Part shown: one piece after another, positions 41,116 through 53,495 of the stretch
How the letters are laid out: each line of letters begins with the position of its first letter
Position numbering within the stretch: position 1 is the first letter of the stretch
NCBI RefSeq assembly: GCF_934196125.1
Contig: NZ_CAKPVT010000003.1
Length of the DNA stretch: 64,000 bases
Direction: 5' to 3' (one strand)
From: an uncultured Streptococcus sp.
GTDB lineage: Bacteria > Bacillota > Bacilli > Lactobacillales > Streptococcaceae
Notes under the pieces: generated by a model
The model's input: the letters and a program-made list of their open reading frames with translations, nothing else
Database searches by the model: none
What the model was told of the DNA's origin: nothing
Position numbers and translations under genes: made by a program

Positions 41116-42498
41116 ATGGTAGTAAGTGATAATAATCAGTTGCAGAAGTTTGAAAATGATGACGTTGCTCAATATTATTTTGAGATTTTACGTCAGTTAA
41201 TTGCTAAAAAATCGATTTTTGCACAGCAGATTGGGTTAGCAGAAGTAGCAAATTATCTAGGCGATATTTTCACTGAAGCTGGTGCTGAAGTGATAATTGA
41301 TGATACTTGTACGGCGCCGTTTGTTTTGGCACGTTTTAAGAGCAATAGACCTGATGCTCAGACGATTATTTTTTACAACCATTATGATACTGTGCCAGCT
41401 GATGATGACCAGCCTTGGTCGTCAAATCCTTTTGAATTAACCGTCCGTGATGGCTACATGTATGGACGTGGTGTTGATGACGATAAAGGGCATATCACAG
41501 CACGCTTGACAGCCGTTCAGAAGTATCGCCGTGAGTTTGGAGATTTTCCAGTTAACATTATATTTATTATGGAAGGTTCGGAAGAATCAGCTTCTGTGGG
41601 TCTTGAAACCTATCTTGAAAAATACGCTGATGAGCTCCGTGGCGCGGATTTATTGGTGTGGGAGCAAGGTATTTCAAATGCCAAAGGTCAGATTGAAATT
41701 TCTGGTGGAACAAAAGGTATTGTCACCTTTGATATGATTGTTGATTCTGCTAAGGTTGATATTCATTCGAAATTTGGTGCGGTCATTGAGTCAGCATCAT
41801 GGTATTTGCTTAATGCGATTGCTAGCCTTCGTGATGAAACTGGTCGCATTTTGGTTGACGGGATTTATGACCAAGTCATTGAGCCAAGTGAGCGTGAATT
41901 GTCACTTATCCTAGAACATGCCAATCTTGATGCCGATAACCTAAAAACACTATATGGTTTGAATTTGCCAATGTTGACAAGGGATAAGGAAAAGTTAGTT
42001 CGAACGCTTTTCTTTGAACCAGCTATCACGATTGAAGGAATTTCGACAGGCTATCAAGGTCAAGGTGTCAAAACGATTCTACCAGCTAAAGCTCAGGCTA
42101 AAATGGAAGTTCGTTTGGTTCCTGGACTTGAGTCAAAAGATGTTCTTCAGAAGATTGAACAACATTTGCAACAACATGGCTTTGAACAGGTGGAGTTGAT
42201 TTACACATTGGGCGAACAGGCTTATCGTAGTGATATGTCCGCCCTGGCGATTCTCAATGTGATTGAGATTGCAAAGGCATTTTCACCAAATGGTGTTTCA
42301 GTTTTGCCGACGACTGCTGGTACTGGACCAATGCACCAATTCTTTGAAGCATTAGAAGTTCCGATTGCTTCTTTTGGTATTGGCAATCCAAACAGCCGTG
42401 ACCATGCTGGAGATGAAAATGTTAATTTGGCGGATTATTACACCCACATTGAGATGATTGAGGAGTTGATTAAGAGTTATGACAAAATCGATTATTAA
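41116..42498 (+). CDS. M20-family metallopeptidase/dipeptidase (ArgE/DapE-like) within the met transport operon
   Basis: 460 aa (HYDTVPA...DDKG...EGSEE). Confidence 0.85.
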   Translation: MVVSDNNQLQKFENDDVAQYYFEILRQLIAKKSIFAQQIGLAEVANYLGDIFTEAGAEVIIDDTCTAPFVLARFKSNRPDAQTIIFYNHYDTVPADDDQPWSSNPFELTVRDGYMYGRGVDDDKGHITARLTAVQKYRREFGDFPVNIIFIMEGSEESASVGLETYLEKYADELRGADLLVWEQGISNAKGQIEISGGTKGIVTFDMIVDSAKVDIHSKFGAVIESASWYLLNAIASLRDETGRILVDGIYDQVIEPSERELSLILEHANLDADNLKTLYGLNLPMLTRDKEKLVRTLFFEPAITIEGISTGYQGQGVKTILPAKAQAKMEVRLVPGLESKDVLQKIEQHLQQHGFEQVELIYTLGEQAYRSDMSALAILNVIEIAKAFSPNGVSVLPTTAGTGPMHQFFEALEVPIASFGIGNPNSRDHAGDENVNLADYYTHIEMIEELIKSYDKIDY

Positions 42499-43543
42499 TT
42501 TAGAACATATTGACATTACGTTTTATCAGAAAAAACGTGAGATAGAAGCGGTAAAAGACGTTTCTATTACGATTAACAAAGGTGAAATTTATGGAATCGT
42601 TGGTTATTCTGGAGCAGGAAAATCAACCTTAGTTCGTACGATTAACCTATTACAGGCACCAACTTCTGGAAAAATTACGATTGGTGATGATGTGACATTT
42701 GACAACGGTAAAGTGCAGTTAAAAGGTGCAGCTTTACGTCAAAAACGTCAAAAAATTGGGATGATTTTCCAACATTTTAATTTAATGGCACAAAAAACAG
42801 CGCGCCAAAATGTGGCTTTTGCGCTTCGCCATTCAAAATTATCAAAAGAAGAAAAAGACAAAAAAGTTGCTGATTTGCTTGAATTAGTAGGCTTGTCAGA
42901 TCGTGCTGAAAATTATCCTGTTCAATTATCAGGTGGACAAAAGCAACGTGTTGCGATTGCGCGTGCTCTTGCCAATGACCCAGAAATCTTGATTTCTGAT
43001 GAATCAACATCTGCCCTCGATCCTAAAACAACAAAACAAATTTGGGCTTTATTGCAAGATTTGAATCAAAAACTTGGTTTGACTGTGGTTATGATTACAC
43101 ACGAAATGCAAATTGTCAAAGATATCTGTCACCGTGTTGCTGTTATGCAAAATGGGCACTTGATTGAAGAAGGTTCTGTATTGGACATTTTCTCAAATCC
43201 AAAAGAACCATTGACGCAAGAATTTATCAAAACAGCTACTGGTATTGATGAAGCCTTGGTTAAAATTGAAAAGCAAGCTCTTGTGCAACAGTTGTCAAAA
43301 GACGATTTGCTTGTTCAATTGAAATACGCAGGAACATCAACAGATGAGCCTATTTTAAATCAGATTTACAAACAATTTGAAGTAACAGCGAATATCCTTT
43401 ATGGAAATATTGAAATTCTAGATGATACACCAGTTGGTGAAATGATTGTTGTTCTATCTGGTGAAGCTGATGCGCTTGCTGCTGCCCAAACAGCTATTCT
43501 TGAAGCTGGAATTGAATTAATTGTATTGAAACGAGGTGCCTAA
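42479..43543 (+). CDS. metN: Methionine ABC transporter ATP-binding protein
   Basis: Walker [10 protein letters not shown], signature LSGGQKQRV, and a C-terminal NIL domain. Confidence 0.92.
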   Translation: MTKSIINLEHIDITFYQKKREIEAVKDVSITINKGEIYGIVGYSGAGKSTLVRTINLLQAPTSGKITIGDDVTFDNGKVQLKGAALRQKRQKIGMIFQHFNLMAQKTARQNVAFALRHSKLSKEEKDKKVADLLELVGLSDRAENYPVQLSGGQKQRVAIARALANDPEILISDESTSALDPKTTKQIWALLQDLNQKLGLTVVMITHEMQIVKDICHRVAVMQNGHLIEEGSVLDIFSNPKEPLTQEFIKTATGIDEALVKIEKQALVQQLSKDDLLVQLKYAGTSTDEPILNQIYKQFEVTANILYGNIEILDDTPVGEMIVVLSGEADALAAAQTAILEAGIELIVLKRGA

Positions 43544-44236
43544 ATGATTGAATGGATTGAGACAAATTTACCAAATGTTTACCGCATTGGTTGGGAAGGA
43601 ACGAATTCTTGGTCAGATGCCTTCTCAGCAACGCTTTATATGACTGGCTGGTCATTTGTGATTGGTGGTATTTTAGGGCTTTTAATGGGATTATTTTTAG
43701 TTCTAACTGGACCAAATGGTGTGCTTAGCAATCGTATTGGGTTTAAAATTTTAGATATTTTCACGTCAATTGTTCGTGCCATTCCTTTCATCATTTTGTT
43801 GGCTATTTTGAAAGGTTTCACCTATGCTATCGTTGGAACCAACCTAGGTCGAACAGCGGCGCTAATTCCGCTATCAGCAGCGACATTTGCCTTCTATGCT
43901 CGTCAGGTTCAAGTTGTCTTTTCAGAAATGGATAGAGGTGTTATTGAAGCCGCACAAGCTTCAGGAGCTACCCTTTGGGATATTATCAAAATTTACCTTA
44001 GCGAAGGTTTGCCAGAACTTATCCGTGTCTCAACAGTAACGCTCATCTCACTTATCGGTGAAACAACTATGGCGGGTGCGATTGGAGCAGGTGGTCTTGG
44101 TTATATTGCCATTTACTACGGTTATAACCGCTCAGCAACAGATGTCACTATCGTTGCAACAATCTGTATCCTTATCCTAGTCTTTATTATCCAATTTATC
44201 GGAGACTTCCTGACTAAAAAACTAAGTCATAAATAG
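43544..44236 (+). CDS. metI: Methionine ABC transporter permease
   Basis: 230 aa, 5 TM helices, EAAQASGAT motif. Confidence 0.92.
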   Translation: MIEWIETNLPNVYRIGWEGTNSWSDAFSATLYMTGWSFVIGGILGLLMGLFLVLTGPNGVLSNRIGFKILDIFTSIVRAIPFIILLAILKGFTYAIVGTNLGRTAALIPLSAATFAFYARQVQVVFSEMDRGVIEAAQASGATLWDIIKIYLSEGLPELIRVSTVTLISLIGETTMAGAIGAGGLGYIAIYYGYNRSATDVTIVATICILILVFIIQFIGDFLTKKLSHK

Positions 44237-44394
44237 AAAAAAGTACTTCTGTGAAAACAGAGGTGCTTAATGATTATTTTGTGCTATTTTATTGTCCATG
44301 TCTGTAATGAGACTAGCAAGAGTGATGTTCTCGAGAGAAGCTTTAAAATTTTCTTGAACCTCATCAATACGTGGTTGTAAAATGGAGTTCTTGA

Positions 44395-44604
44395 GGTGCT
44401 TTTGTCAAATGGACATTTGTTAGCCCAGCAGATTTGCAAGCTGACGGTAACCGTACAGGGCAATATATTCTTGCTGGTGAAGAATTAACCACAAACGATA
44501 AGGGTGAAAGTATTATCAGCTATGCAGACTATGCTATTGGCTTTGTTGATGAAATTGAAAATAGCAAACACATCAAAGAACGCATCAGTTTACTTGGAAA
44601 ATAA
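44395..44604 (+). pseudogene. C-terminal 69-codon fragment of an NAD(P)H-binding YwnB/NmrA-like oxidoreductase
   Basis: GAFVKWTFVSPADLQADGNRTGQYILAGEEL...ISYADYAIGFVDEIEN... preceded in frame by TGA. No N-terminal part in any frame. Confidence 0.5.
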
Positions 44605-44663
44605 GATAAAATAACACACCAAACTCATTTGAGCTTGGTGGGGTTTGTTAGTCATCATATTAT

Positions 44664-46037
44664 CTACGCTTTTTTGACTTTTGTGATAAATATGCTAAGA
44701 ATGAAGCCGACGAGGGCAAAGCTAATCCACCCCATTGAGAATTGTCCGAATGGAACAATTGTTGTGAAGAATTCAACGAGGCTTGTTGGAATTCTAAATA
44801 AGCCAGTCATTGTAGATAATGTTGAAAAGGCATCATAAAGTGCTGGAATGGCGGTGAAACCAATGGTTAAGCGATAAACAATTGGACTATTATTGAAGAA
44901 TTTAGCAAGGAGTACCAAAAGTACAATCACGACTGTAAGTGGATAGAGAAGGTAAAGAACTGGCAATGACCATTTAATCAACTCAGAAAGACCACCAAAG
45001 TAGAAGAATAAGGCAATCAAGGTAAAGATACTTGCCCAAGCAACGTGAGATAGTTTTGGTTGTAGTTTGTGGAAATATTCCGCGCAGGCTGTGATTAGCC
45101 CTGTTGCTGTTGTTAAACAAGCAAGGAAAATCGCTGCCGCAAGAACTGCTCGTCCAATGCTTCCAAGATAGAAATAAGCTGCTTGTCCCAGAACATTTCC
45201 GCCATCGATAGCAGCGCCATTAAATGTAAATTGTCCGTTAGTAAATGTAAATAAGCTTTGTGATGTTGCGCCGATACGAGCCACAAAAATGTAAATAAGC
45301 GCAAGCAATACGGTTGCAATGATACCAGATTTGAAGGTCAAAAGAGCGACTTCTGACTGATTTTTGGCACCGTGTTGTTTACTAGCATCGATAACGATAA
45401 TGGCAAAAGCAAGGGAAGCAAGAGCGTCCATTGTACCATATCCTTGAATGAGCCCCGCAACAAAAGGCACGTCTTTAAAGGCATTACTAATATCATTAGC
45501 GGCGTTATAAGCAGTACCAATGTTACCAGCTGGTTTGATAAAGGAAGCAATCACCAAGATTGCAAGAATGATAAGAAGGGCAGGTGTCAAATATTTCCCA
45601 ATACGGTCAGCAATCTTGCTTGGTTTAATGGCTAAAATGTAAGAAAGACCAAAAAAGAGCAAACCGTAAGCAATTTTTACGCCAATGCTATCACCTAAAA
45701 TTGGTTGGATCCCAATCGAAAATGACGTAGCACCTGTCCTTGGAATCGCAAAGAAAGGTCCAATTGACAAATAGAGGGCAATTGAAAATAACAAGGCATA
45801 ATGGCGTGAAACAGGGCGTGCAAAATCCTCGACGTCGCTAGCACCAGAATAAGCAACAGCAACGACTCCAAGCAATGGCAGGGTGACGCCTGTCAAGCAG
45901 AAGCCAAGAATAGCCAAGGCTAAGTTACTTCCAGAATATATGCCTAAAAAGGCAGGGTAAATAAGGTTACCCGCTCCAAAAAATAGAGCAAATAACATGA
46001 AACCGATAATGACATAAATATTTTTAAATGGTTTCAT
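44664..46037 (-). CDS. brnQ: Branched-chain amino acid transport system carrier protein (LIVCS family)
   Basis: MKPFKNIYVIIGFMLFALFFGAGNLIYP...; RBS aggagg upstream of the second ATG (46037). Confidence 0.9.
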   Translation of the reverse strand: MKPFKNIYVIIGFMLFALFFGAGNLIYPAFLGIYSGSNLALAILGFCLTGVTLPLLGVVAVAYSGASDVEDFARPVSRHYALLFSIALYLSIGPFFAIPRTGATSFSIGIQPILGDSIGVKIAYGLLFFGLSYILAIKPSKIADRIGKYLTPALLIILAILVIASFIKPAGNIGTAYNAANDISNAFKDVPFVAGLIQGYGTMDALASLAFAIIVIDASKQHGAKNQSEVALLTFKSGIIATVLLALIYIFVARIGATSQSLFTFTNGQFTFNGAAIDGGNVLGQAAYFYLGSIGRAVLAAAIFLACLTTATGLITACAEYFHKLQPKLSHVAWASIFTLIALFFYFGGLSELIKWSLPVLYLLYPLTVVIVLLVLLAKFFNNSPIVYRLTIGFTAIPALYDAFSTLSTMTGLFRIPTSLVEFFTTIVPFGQFSMGWISFALVGFILSIFITKVKKA

Positions 46038-46370
46038 ATGTCCTCCTAATAATGAAAAATGCTTACAATTACTTTTTAATTGAGTAAAATTGTATGACAA
46101 TTATTATAGCGAACAGAGAAGCTGTCGTCAATAGAAGAAAAGTTCAAAAATTATAAATAAATTCTCATAAAAAACTGACAAGCCGTATCCTAAAACTATA
46201 AAATGCGCTAAAGAATGTCATAAAAAGTATCATAAAAAAATTTAAATTGTGAAAAAATTTGGAAAATAGTTTATTTAAGCGCTTCATTTAACAAATCTTG
46301 TGAGAGGATGTTTGACGAAGTGGTAGTTTTGTATTATTATAAAAAAGTTATTACTATATGAGGAGTTACT

Positions 46371-47597
46371 ATGAGACATTTTATTGGCGTTTGGAATAGA
46401 ACTAGCCTAATCAAACGCATCATTATCGGAGTTATCCTTGGTTTAATTCTGGGAGTAGCCTTTCCAAAATTATCAGGAATCGGCATTTTGGGAGATTTAT
46501 TTGTAGGTGGCCTTAAAGCTGTTGCACCATTATTGGTTTTTGTTTTGGTTGCCAATGCTTTATCACAACATGAAAAAGGGCAAAAGACCAATATGTCAAC
46601 AGTTGTCGGTCTTTACCTTGTTGGGACATTGGCTGCGGCGTTAGTGGCAGTATTAGTTAACTACATTTTCCCATTGAAATTGACATTAGACAATGTAGCA
46701 GAATCGGATTTATCAGCACTAGAAGGGGTAGCAGAAGTTTTCAAAGATCTCTTGCTCAAAGTTGTGGATAACCCTGTTAATGCCATCGCATCTGCTAACT
46801 ATATCGGAGTGCTAGCGTGGGCGGTTGTATTTGGGCTTGCAATGCGCAATGCTAGCCAACAAACGAAAGACTTACTACAAACCATGGCAGAAGTAACGTC
46901 GCAGGTTGTGCGTTGGATTATTAATTTAGCGCCATTTGGTATTTTAGGTTTGGTCTTTAACACCATTTCTGATAATGGTATTGGAATTCTGGCTAATTAT
47001 GGTTTCTTGATTGTAACTCTAGTTGGAACAATGCTTTTTGTGGCTCTGGTGGTTAATCCATTAATTGCATTTGTGATGATTCGTCAAAATCCTTACCCAC
47101 TTGTTCTTCGTTGCTTAAAAGAATCTGGTTTGACAGCCTTCTTTACGCGTAGTTCAGCGGCAAATATCCCTGTCAATATGAAACTTTGTGAAGATTTAGG
47201 TTTGAATAAAGACACTTATTCGGTATCTATTCCTCTCGGAGCAACAATCAATATGGCTGGCGCAGCGATTACGATTAACGTCCTAACACTTGCTGCGGTT
47301 AACACCCTTGGAATTAGTGTTGATTTTCCAACAGCTTTCTTATTGAGTGTGATTTCAGCGGTATCTGCTTGTGGTGCTTCTGGTGTGGCAGGGGGGTCTC
47401 TCCTATTGATTCCAGTTGCATGTAGCTTATTTGGCATTTCAAATGATATTGCTATGCAAGTTGTTGGTGTTGGTTTTATTGTTGGTGTTGTCCAAGATTC
47501 TTGTGAAACAGCGCTTAACTCATCAACGGACGTTCTTTTTACAGCGGTAGCTGAAAAATCTGTCTGGGATAAAAACAAAAAAGCAAACCATAGCTAA
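46371..47597 (+). CDS. sstT: Serine/threonine:sodium symporter (DAACS family)
   Basis: 408 aa, [21 protein letters not shown]... Confidence 0.9.
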   Translation: MRHFIGVWNRTSLIKRIIIGVILGLILGVAFPKLSGIGILGDLFVGGLKAVAPLLVFVLVANALSQHEKGQKTNMSTVVGLYLVGTLAAALVAVLVNYIFPLKLTLDNVAESDLSALEGVAEVFKDLLLKVVDNPVNAIASANYIGVLAWAVVFGLAMRNASQQTKDLLQTMAEVTSQVVRWIINLAPFGILGLVFNTISDNGIGILANYGFLIVTLVGTMLFVALVVNPLIAFVMIRQNPYPLVLRCLKESGLTAFFTRSSAANIPVNMKLCEDLGLNKDTYSVSIPLGATINMAGAAITINVLTLAAVNTLGISVDFPTAFLLSVISAVSACGASGVAGGSLLLIPVACSLFGISNDIAMQVVGVGFIVGVVQDSCETALNSSTDVLFTAVAEKSVWDKNKKANHS

Positions 47598-47693
47598 TCA
47601 CCGTAGCTGGGCAAATTGCTCAGCTATTTTTTATATTAACCCCCTTGCTATAACCTGTATTTATAACTAGTTCAAGAAATAAGTTTCTTTAAG

Positions 47694-48041
47694 TTGAACC
47701 TTATTTATGATAAAATAAAACAACATCAAAAGGGAGACGTATCTTTAGCAAAAGCAGATGGCTCATTTGTTTTAGGTACCGATAATTTCAACGGATATAT
47801 TAAAGGAAATGCGGAGTTACTATCTGCTTCTGGGCATGCTGAATTTGAGTTTGAAAACGATAGATTCGCTATTGGATTAGGTGGTGAAGCTACTGGTGTT
47901 AACGTGTCCTATTCTGCTGGAGTGTCATTTTTAGAATATGATAATGGCGGTGATAAAGGAAATCTCTTCGGAATACAGGGAGGACCAAAACTTGATGCAG
48001 GAGTTAGTGCAAACTTTTCTTTATCTGGGGAGAAAGCATGA
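47694..48041 (+). CDS. Hypothetical Gly-rich beta-type protein (115 aa), probably the first part of a frameshifted gene that continues in another frame to about 48180
   Basis: No obvious family. The next frame continues with similar composition (MNFGLVDINAVNLKLGGSLGG...). Confidence 0.3.
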   Translation: MNLIYDKIKQHQKGDVSLAKADGSFVLGTDNFNGYIKGNAELLSASGHAEFEFENDRFAIGLGGEATGVNVSYSAGVSFLEYDNGGDKGNLFGIQGGPKLDAGVSANFSLSGEKA

Positions 48042-48638
48042 ACTTTGGACTGGTTGACATCAATGCTGTTAACCTGAAATTAGGGGGCTCACTGGGTGGG
48101 TCTTGGATTCGATTTAGATTTAACATTACCAATTCCAACTTGGAATTTTGGCTGGGGGTTAGCTCATGATAGACAGTATAAAAAGCAAATGGTGGTTATT
48201 TACTATTTTATCAGGAATTTGTATGTATCTTAATCCTTACTTTGGCTTATTTTCTATTTTTATGATAGTTGTTCTATTTTTTGATATTATAATGTTTACA
48301 ATTATGAAAGGACATTTTTATCTTTTTTCAAAAAAATAGCCGATAAAACAGAACACACAAGAATAATTAAGAAAATATTTGATAAGGAGATACTTTTTTT
48401 AAAAATTGGAAAATTATTTACCACTATTGTTATGATTTTTGTGATTTTAGTAGTAGTCAAACAGAATCTAGATACTCAAAAAATAATGGCTCCATATTAT
48501 ATACCAGTTATACAAACAAACTTTTTTTGCAGATTACTTGTATAATTCTATCTGTAATCTTAATAGTATTTTCTTTTATTCTATTTTGTTTTTATGCAGA
48601 TTCATATAAACAGAAATTGAATGAATTGGTGTAATTAA

Positions 48639-49058
48639 ATGAAAAGATCTCTATTATTATTTTTCATATTTACAATTACATTATTAATCAATAACAATAT
48701 AAAATACTATGGATTAATCAGTTTATTCTTGATTCTTCCCTACTTTATTCATACTATAAATCTATCCATACGTAAAAAGTTAGCAGCTAAAGATAGCTAT
48801 ATAGGACGAGAAGCTAAACGACAATTAGAATTTTTTAGTAGCAAAGTTTATAGAATGCTTATATTAATTCCTACTATCCTTCTCGGAATAATACTATTCA
48901 TTATGTATACAGTAGTTGTTTTGAACAACTCATTTGAACTACATAATGTAATATTATTATCAATAAGTGGTATTCTTTTAATAGGGTTTTTATGGCAGTT
49001 TTATTTAGAAATAGAAAAAAATTATGAAAGGATTGGTATTATGGGTTATTTAAAATAG
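48639..49058 (+). CDS. Hypothetical 4-TM membrane protein in a very AT-rich patch
   Basis: 139 aa; composition only. Confidence 0.35.
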   Translation: MKRSLLLFFIFTITLLINNNIKYYGLISLFLILPYFIHTINLSIRKKLAAKDSYIGREAKRQLEFFSSKVYRMLILIPTILLGIILFIMYTVVVLNNSFELHNVILLSISGILLIGFLWQFYLEIEKNYERIGIMGYLK

Positions 49059-49069
49059 CAGGCATTCGT

Positions 49070-49714
49070 TGGCAGCAAGTCTCTTTTGTCGTCAAATTTA
49101 TTGGCTTTTTTGCTCTTTTAAAAGTGGTCATGGTGTATTTGTTTGCACCGAATTATGGCGAAACAATTTACGGAACCAAGACTATTTTGCTACAAGGCTA
49201 TGGGTGATTTTATCTTACCAGTCAAGAATTATTTTACCTGTTTAACCTTGCTTTGAAATATTTTTGCACGGTTCCGCTGGCTGTCTTATTTCTTATGACA
49301 ACGCAGCCAAGTCAATTTGCTTCAAGTTTGAATCAAATCGGTGTACCTTATAAGATTGCCTATGCAGTTAGTTTGACGCTACGCTACATTCCTGACGTGC
49401 AAGAAGAATTTTACATGATTCGAATGTCACAAGAAGCGCGTGGACTGGAACTATCACAAAAAGAAAAACTAATGAAACGTATCAAAGGAAATCTACAAAT
49501 TGTCATTCCCTTAATTTTCAGCTCACTTGAGCGAATTGATACGGTGTCAACAGCTATGGAGCTACGTCGTTTTGGAAAAAATAAAAAACGTACTTGGTAC
49601 ACTTATCAAAAATTTACAACAGGGGATTTGCTAACCATTGTTATTTTACTAGTCATTATTAGTTTGTGGCTTTTCCACCTTAACCAAGGGCGTTTTTACA
49701 ATCCTTGGCATTAA
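49070..49714 (+). pseudogene. ECF-transporter T component (EcfT/CbiQ) gene, frameshifted in its first half; no ecfA genes nearby
   Basis: The C-terminal part (...AYAVSLTLRYIPDV...ARG...) is intact as ORF 49253-49714. The N-terminal TM segments are recognisable in two other frames. Confidence 0.55.
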
Positions 49715-49768
49715 AAAAAGCGTATAAACCAGAACAATTAGCTGTTCAACGGTTTATACGTTTTTTTC

Positions 49769-50440
49769 TTATTTCAAATAACCAAGATAATCAAATTTTT
49801 CAAATGTATTGTCATTTGCAATGGCAACGACTTCAGTATTGGCTTCAAAAGCTTGGTTGGGATTGATAGGGGTATCAAGACTTGACGTTGATTTTTTACG
49901 AATACCGATTAAATTAAGATCGTATTTGTGTCGAAGGTCCAGCTGAACTAGACTTTTTCCAACCCAAGAATCAGGAATAGAAAATTCAATCATAGCAATA
50001 TTATCCTCGATGTGAATAATATTTTTAATATGGTGTCGAAGCATATTTGAAGCAACTCTTTTTCCAGAGTCGCGCTCTGGTGTGATAACTTTAGTCGCCC
50101 CAATGCCGTAAAGCACTTCTTCATAAGATGCATTTTTAGCTTTGGCAAGAATAGTTTTTACCCCTAATTTTTTACAATGCATAATGGCAAGAACTGAAGA
50201 TTCTAAGGTGTTTCCAGTTGCAATTACGACAACATCACATTGCGCAATGCCGACGGCTTTTAAAAATTCAATATCTGTCATATCACCAACCGCTGCCTTA
50301 GTTGCCATATCAGCCACATTTTGAACGAGATTTTCATCTCTATCTAAAGCAATGACCTCTTGCTCGAATTTATTTAATTCTTCAACAACAGTACGTCCAA
50401 AAATTCCTAATCCAAGAACTCCAAAAATCTTTTTTGTCAT
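49769..50440 (-). CDS. ktrA: K+ uptake NAD-binding peripheral subunit (TrkA/KtrA family)
   Basis: GLGIFGRTV Rossmann motif plus an RCK_C domain. Confidence 0.85.
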   Translation of the reverse strand: MTKKIFGVLGLGIFGRTVVEELNKFEQEVIALDRDENLVQNVADMATKAAVGDMTDIEFLKAVGIAQCDVVVIATGNTLESSVLAIMHCKKLGVKTILAKAKNASYEEVLYGIGATKVITPERDSGKRVASNMLRHHIKNIIHIEDNIAMIEFSIPDSWVGKSLVQLDLRHKYDLNLIGIRKKSTSSLDTPINPNQAFEANTEVVAIANDNTFEKFDYLGYLK

Positions 50441-50451
50441 AATAATTTCCT

Positions 50452-51825
50452 CTAACCAACATTAATATTTGTTTGTGCGTAGCAAATATCTTTTTCCTTC
50501 TTTTGCAAAAGACTAAGTAGGACAGTAATCGGTCCAACACGTCCGATAAACATAAGTGTCATGATGACAAATCGCCCTGCTTGCGATAATTTAGGCGTTA
50601 AATCCATGGAAACTCCGACCGTAGCAATCGCAGAAATGGCTTCAAACAGCAAAGCTAGCGGGTCATGATTCGGTTCAAATTCCAAAAGCAACAGATAGCC
50701 GATGATTAAAATAGTAAAGAAAAAGATTAACACGGTCAGTGTTTGTTTTATCGCTTTATTGGCAATAACGCGGTGGCGGAAAGTGACTTCATTTTGCCCT
50801 GCAAGTTCGGATTTGAAAAGCAAGAAGGCAATTGCGACTGTTGTCACCTTAACACCGCCAGCCGTACCACCAGGAGCACCACCGATAATCATTTGAATCA
50901 TATAAAGAACATTCGTTGCTGAATGCGTATCAAGATAAGAAATCGTTGCAAATCCAGCCGTCCTCATGGTTACTGATTGGAAAAAGCAGACCATGATTTG
51001 CTGAAAAATGGTGTATTGCCCAATTGTCTTAGCATTTTTAAATTCGATTAGCCACGTCAATGCTGTTCCAAGCAGTAAAAGAATTCCCGTTGTGGCAAGC
51101 ACTAAGCGTGTCTGGTTGCTTAATGAGCGGGAAAATGCAGAAAAGCGATAAGGTTTGTCTTTGATAAAGTGTTTGATAGCTTTTTTCAAATCCATCCAAA
51201 CAGCAAACCCGATTCCACCAGATACGATTGCGGCAGCAATTGCCACGTTAACCAAGGGATTCAGAACGAATTGTTTAAGGCTAGCATCGCCAAAATTATC
51301 AAACCCAGCATTACAAAAAGCAGAGACAGCAAGAAAAATGGCATTAAAAATACCGTGCCACAAGCCAAAACGTGGAATAAAATCAAAGAGCAATACAATA
51401 GCAACCAAGGACTCGATAATAAAAGTAATTTTGTAAGCATTAAAAAGGTAATGCCTAAGGTCATTGTTATTGTCATAGCTAAGTGCTGATTGTAGCAAAC
51501 TCTGCTCTGATAAATTCATGCGACGACGTAAAAGGTAGGTACTGATTGCAATTAAAGTAACCAATCCTAGTCCGCCAATTTGTATGAGACACATTGCAAT
51601 CACTTGACCGAGTCCATTATAAACACTTGCGACAGGAACGACTGATAATCCCGTCACACAAACCATTGAAACCACATTGAACAAGTGGTCAAGGTAAGTA
51701 GTGCTAGGAGCATCGGCATAGTGAACTATCGGGAGTGAGAGTAACAAACTCCCAATAAAAATGACGATGACAAAACTAAACGTTAACCGTCGCGTACTTG
51801 TTAAAGATTTAAAAATGCTATTCAA
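50452..51825 (-). CDS. ktrB: K+ transporter membrane subunit (TrkH/KtrB family)
   Basis: 457 aa, polytopic with GGxG-type selectivity motifs. Confidence 0.9.
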   Translation of the reverse strand: MNSIFKSLTSTRRLTFSFVIVIFIGSLLLSLPIVHYADAPSTTYLDHLFNVVSMVCVTGLSVVPVASVYNGLGQVIAMCLIQIGGLGLVTLIAISTYLLRRRMNLSEQSLLQSALSYDNNNDLRHYLFNAYKITFIIESLVAIVLLFDFIPRFGLWHGIFNAIFLAVSAFCNAGFDNFGDASLKQFVLNPLVNVAIAAAIVSGGIGFAVWMDLKKAIKHFIKDKPYRFSAFSRSLSNQTRLVLATTGILLLLGTALTWLIEFKNAKTIGQYTIFQQIMVCFFQSVTMRTAGFATISYLDTHSATNVLYMIQMIIGGAPGGTAGGVKVTTVAIAFLLFKSELAGQNEVTFRHRVIANKAIKQTLTVLIFFFTILIIGYLLLLEFEPNHDPLALLFEAISAIATVGVSMDLTPKLSQAGRFVIMTLMFIGRVGPITVLLSLLQKKEKDICYAQTNINVG

Positions 51826-51894
51826 AGAGTATTCCTCCTAAACTCCAAAACGGTTTTCAAAGCCTTCTAAAAGAGCCTCACGACTCATAATATA

Positions 51895-52608
51895 TTAAAG
51901 AGGTTTTTTATTTGGCATCCCAACCTTACGTGGGTATTTATTTGGTGTTTCTTTTTTCTTTTCAAGAATTGTGATTTGGCGACTATCGCCATTTGGCAAT
52001 TCATAATGATAATTGTCTATGAGTTTTGAAAAAAGAATTGTCATGGCATTTTTGGCATTTGCCAATTCTTCTTCGGCAGCAGAAGCCTTAAGAGCAATTA
52101 ATTGCCCACCAACTTTTAAAAATGGGATTGTCAATTCGGTCAAGACTTGGAGATGAGCAACAGCTCGTGCTGTTACAATATCATAGCTTGCGCGGAAATG
52201 CTTATCTTGACCAAAATCTTCAGCACGTCCATGGTAAAAATGAACTCCCTCTAAGCCAAGTTCATCTGCCAATAAATTAAGAAAATTAATACGCTTATTT
52301 AGCGAATCAATGATAGTAACATCAATATCAGGGTATAAAATCTTGATAGGAATACTTGGAAAACCAGCTCCAGCTCCAATATCTAGCAAACGAATCGCTT
52401 GATTTGTTATTTTTCCTTGAAGAACAGGGGCAATAGAATCATAAAAATGTTTCAAATAAACGCCCTCTTCATCTGTAATAGCCGTCAAATTAATTTTTTG
52501 ATTCCATTCAACCAAAAGCTCAAAATAACGCTCAAATTGCTTTTTTTGTGTATCTGTCAACTCAAAACCTTGTTGACTAAGTTTTTTATAAAATTCTTCA
52601 GGTGTCAT
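51895..52608 (-). CDS. rsmG: 16S rRNA (guanine527-N7)-methyltransferase
   Basis: [32 protein letters not shown]...DIGAGAGFP. Start trimmed to ATG 52608; the listed ORF extends to 52659. Confidence 0.9.
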   Translation of the reverse strand: MTPEEFYKKLSQQGFELTDTQKKQFERYFELLVEWNQKINLTAITDEEGVYLKHFYDSIAPVLQGKITNQAIRLLDIGAGAGFPSIPIKILYPDIDVTIIDSLNKRINFLNLLADELGLEGVHFYHGRAEDFGQDKHFRASYDIVTARAVAHLQVLTELTIPFLKVGGQLIALKASAAEEELANAKNAMTILFSKLIDNYHYELPNGDSRQITILEKKKETPNKYPRKVGMPNKKPL

Positions 52609-52940
52609 GATTATCAGTAAAGAAAGCATTAGTAGCCTGCAAGACACAAACCACCACAACTTTCCTCTAATATCCTTTCAATTCCAATATATGTCATCTT
52701 ATTTTACCATAAAATTCCATCCAATAACATTCTTAGAAATGGTTATAACACCCGAAAAAACTATTTTTCCTCCACCTTCCTATGTAATCACTTTAAGAAT
52801 TGAACGAAAATTGATATAATAAGCCTAGAAAGTATATTTTTATCTATTTATTTTAGTAGTTTATCAAAAGCTTTTGTGTAGCGGTAGGTTACAAAAAGCA
52901 ACTGATTTTGGAAGAGTATGTCATACCTAAGGAGGAATTT

Positions 52941-53495
52941 ATGATTTTTGTTATTATTGCTATTATTATTGTTGTTTTAGTGCTTTGGATTATTGCTGTC
53001 TATAATGGTCTTGTAAAAAGTCGTATGCAAACTAAGGAATCTTGGAGTCAAATTGATGTGCAACTCAAACGTCGTAATGACCTCATTCCGAATCTGATTG
53101 AGACTGTAAAAGGCTACGCAGCTTATGAAGAAAAAACATTTGCTAAGATTACAGAATTACGCAGTCAAGTTGCCCAAGCAGAAACACCGGCAGAAGCAAT
53201 GCACGTGTCAAATGCTCTTACTAAACAACTTTCAAGCTTGATTGCTGTTGCTGAAAATTATCCTGAACTTAAAGCTAATAACAGCTTTATCAAGTTGCAA
53301 GATGAATTGACAAATACAGAAAACAAAATTTCTTATTCACGTCAATTGTTCAATACAACAACAGCAAATTATAATGTTAAATTAGAAACTTTCCCAAGTA
53401 ATATCATCGCAGGTGTGTTCGGCTTTAAACCAAGCCAATTCTTGGAAACACCTGAAGATGAAAAAGAAACACCAAAAGTATCATTTGACTTCTAA
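52941..53495 (+). CDS. lemA: LemA-family membrane protein
   Basis: N-terminal TM helix plus the LemA core. RBS aggagg before ATG 52941. Confidence 0.85.
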   Translation: MIFVIIAIIIVVLVLWIIAVYNGLVKSRMQTKESWSQIDVQLKRRNDLIPNLIETVKGYAAYEEKTFAKITELRSQVAQAETPAEAMHVSNALTKQLSSLIAVAENYPELKANNSFIKLQDELTNTENKISYSRQLFNTTTANYNVKLETFPSNIIAGVFGFKPSQFLETPEDEKETPKVSFDF

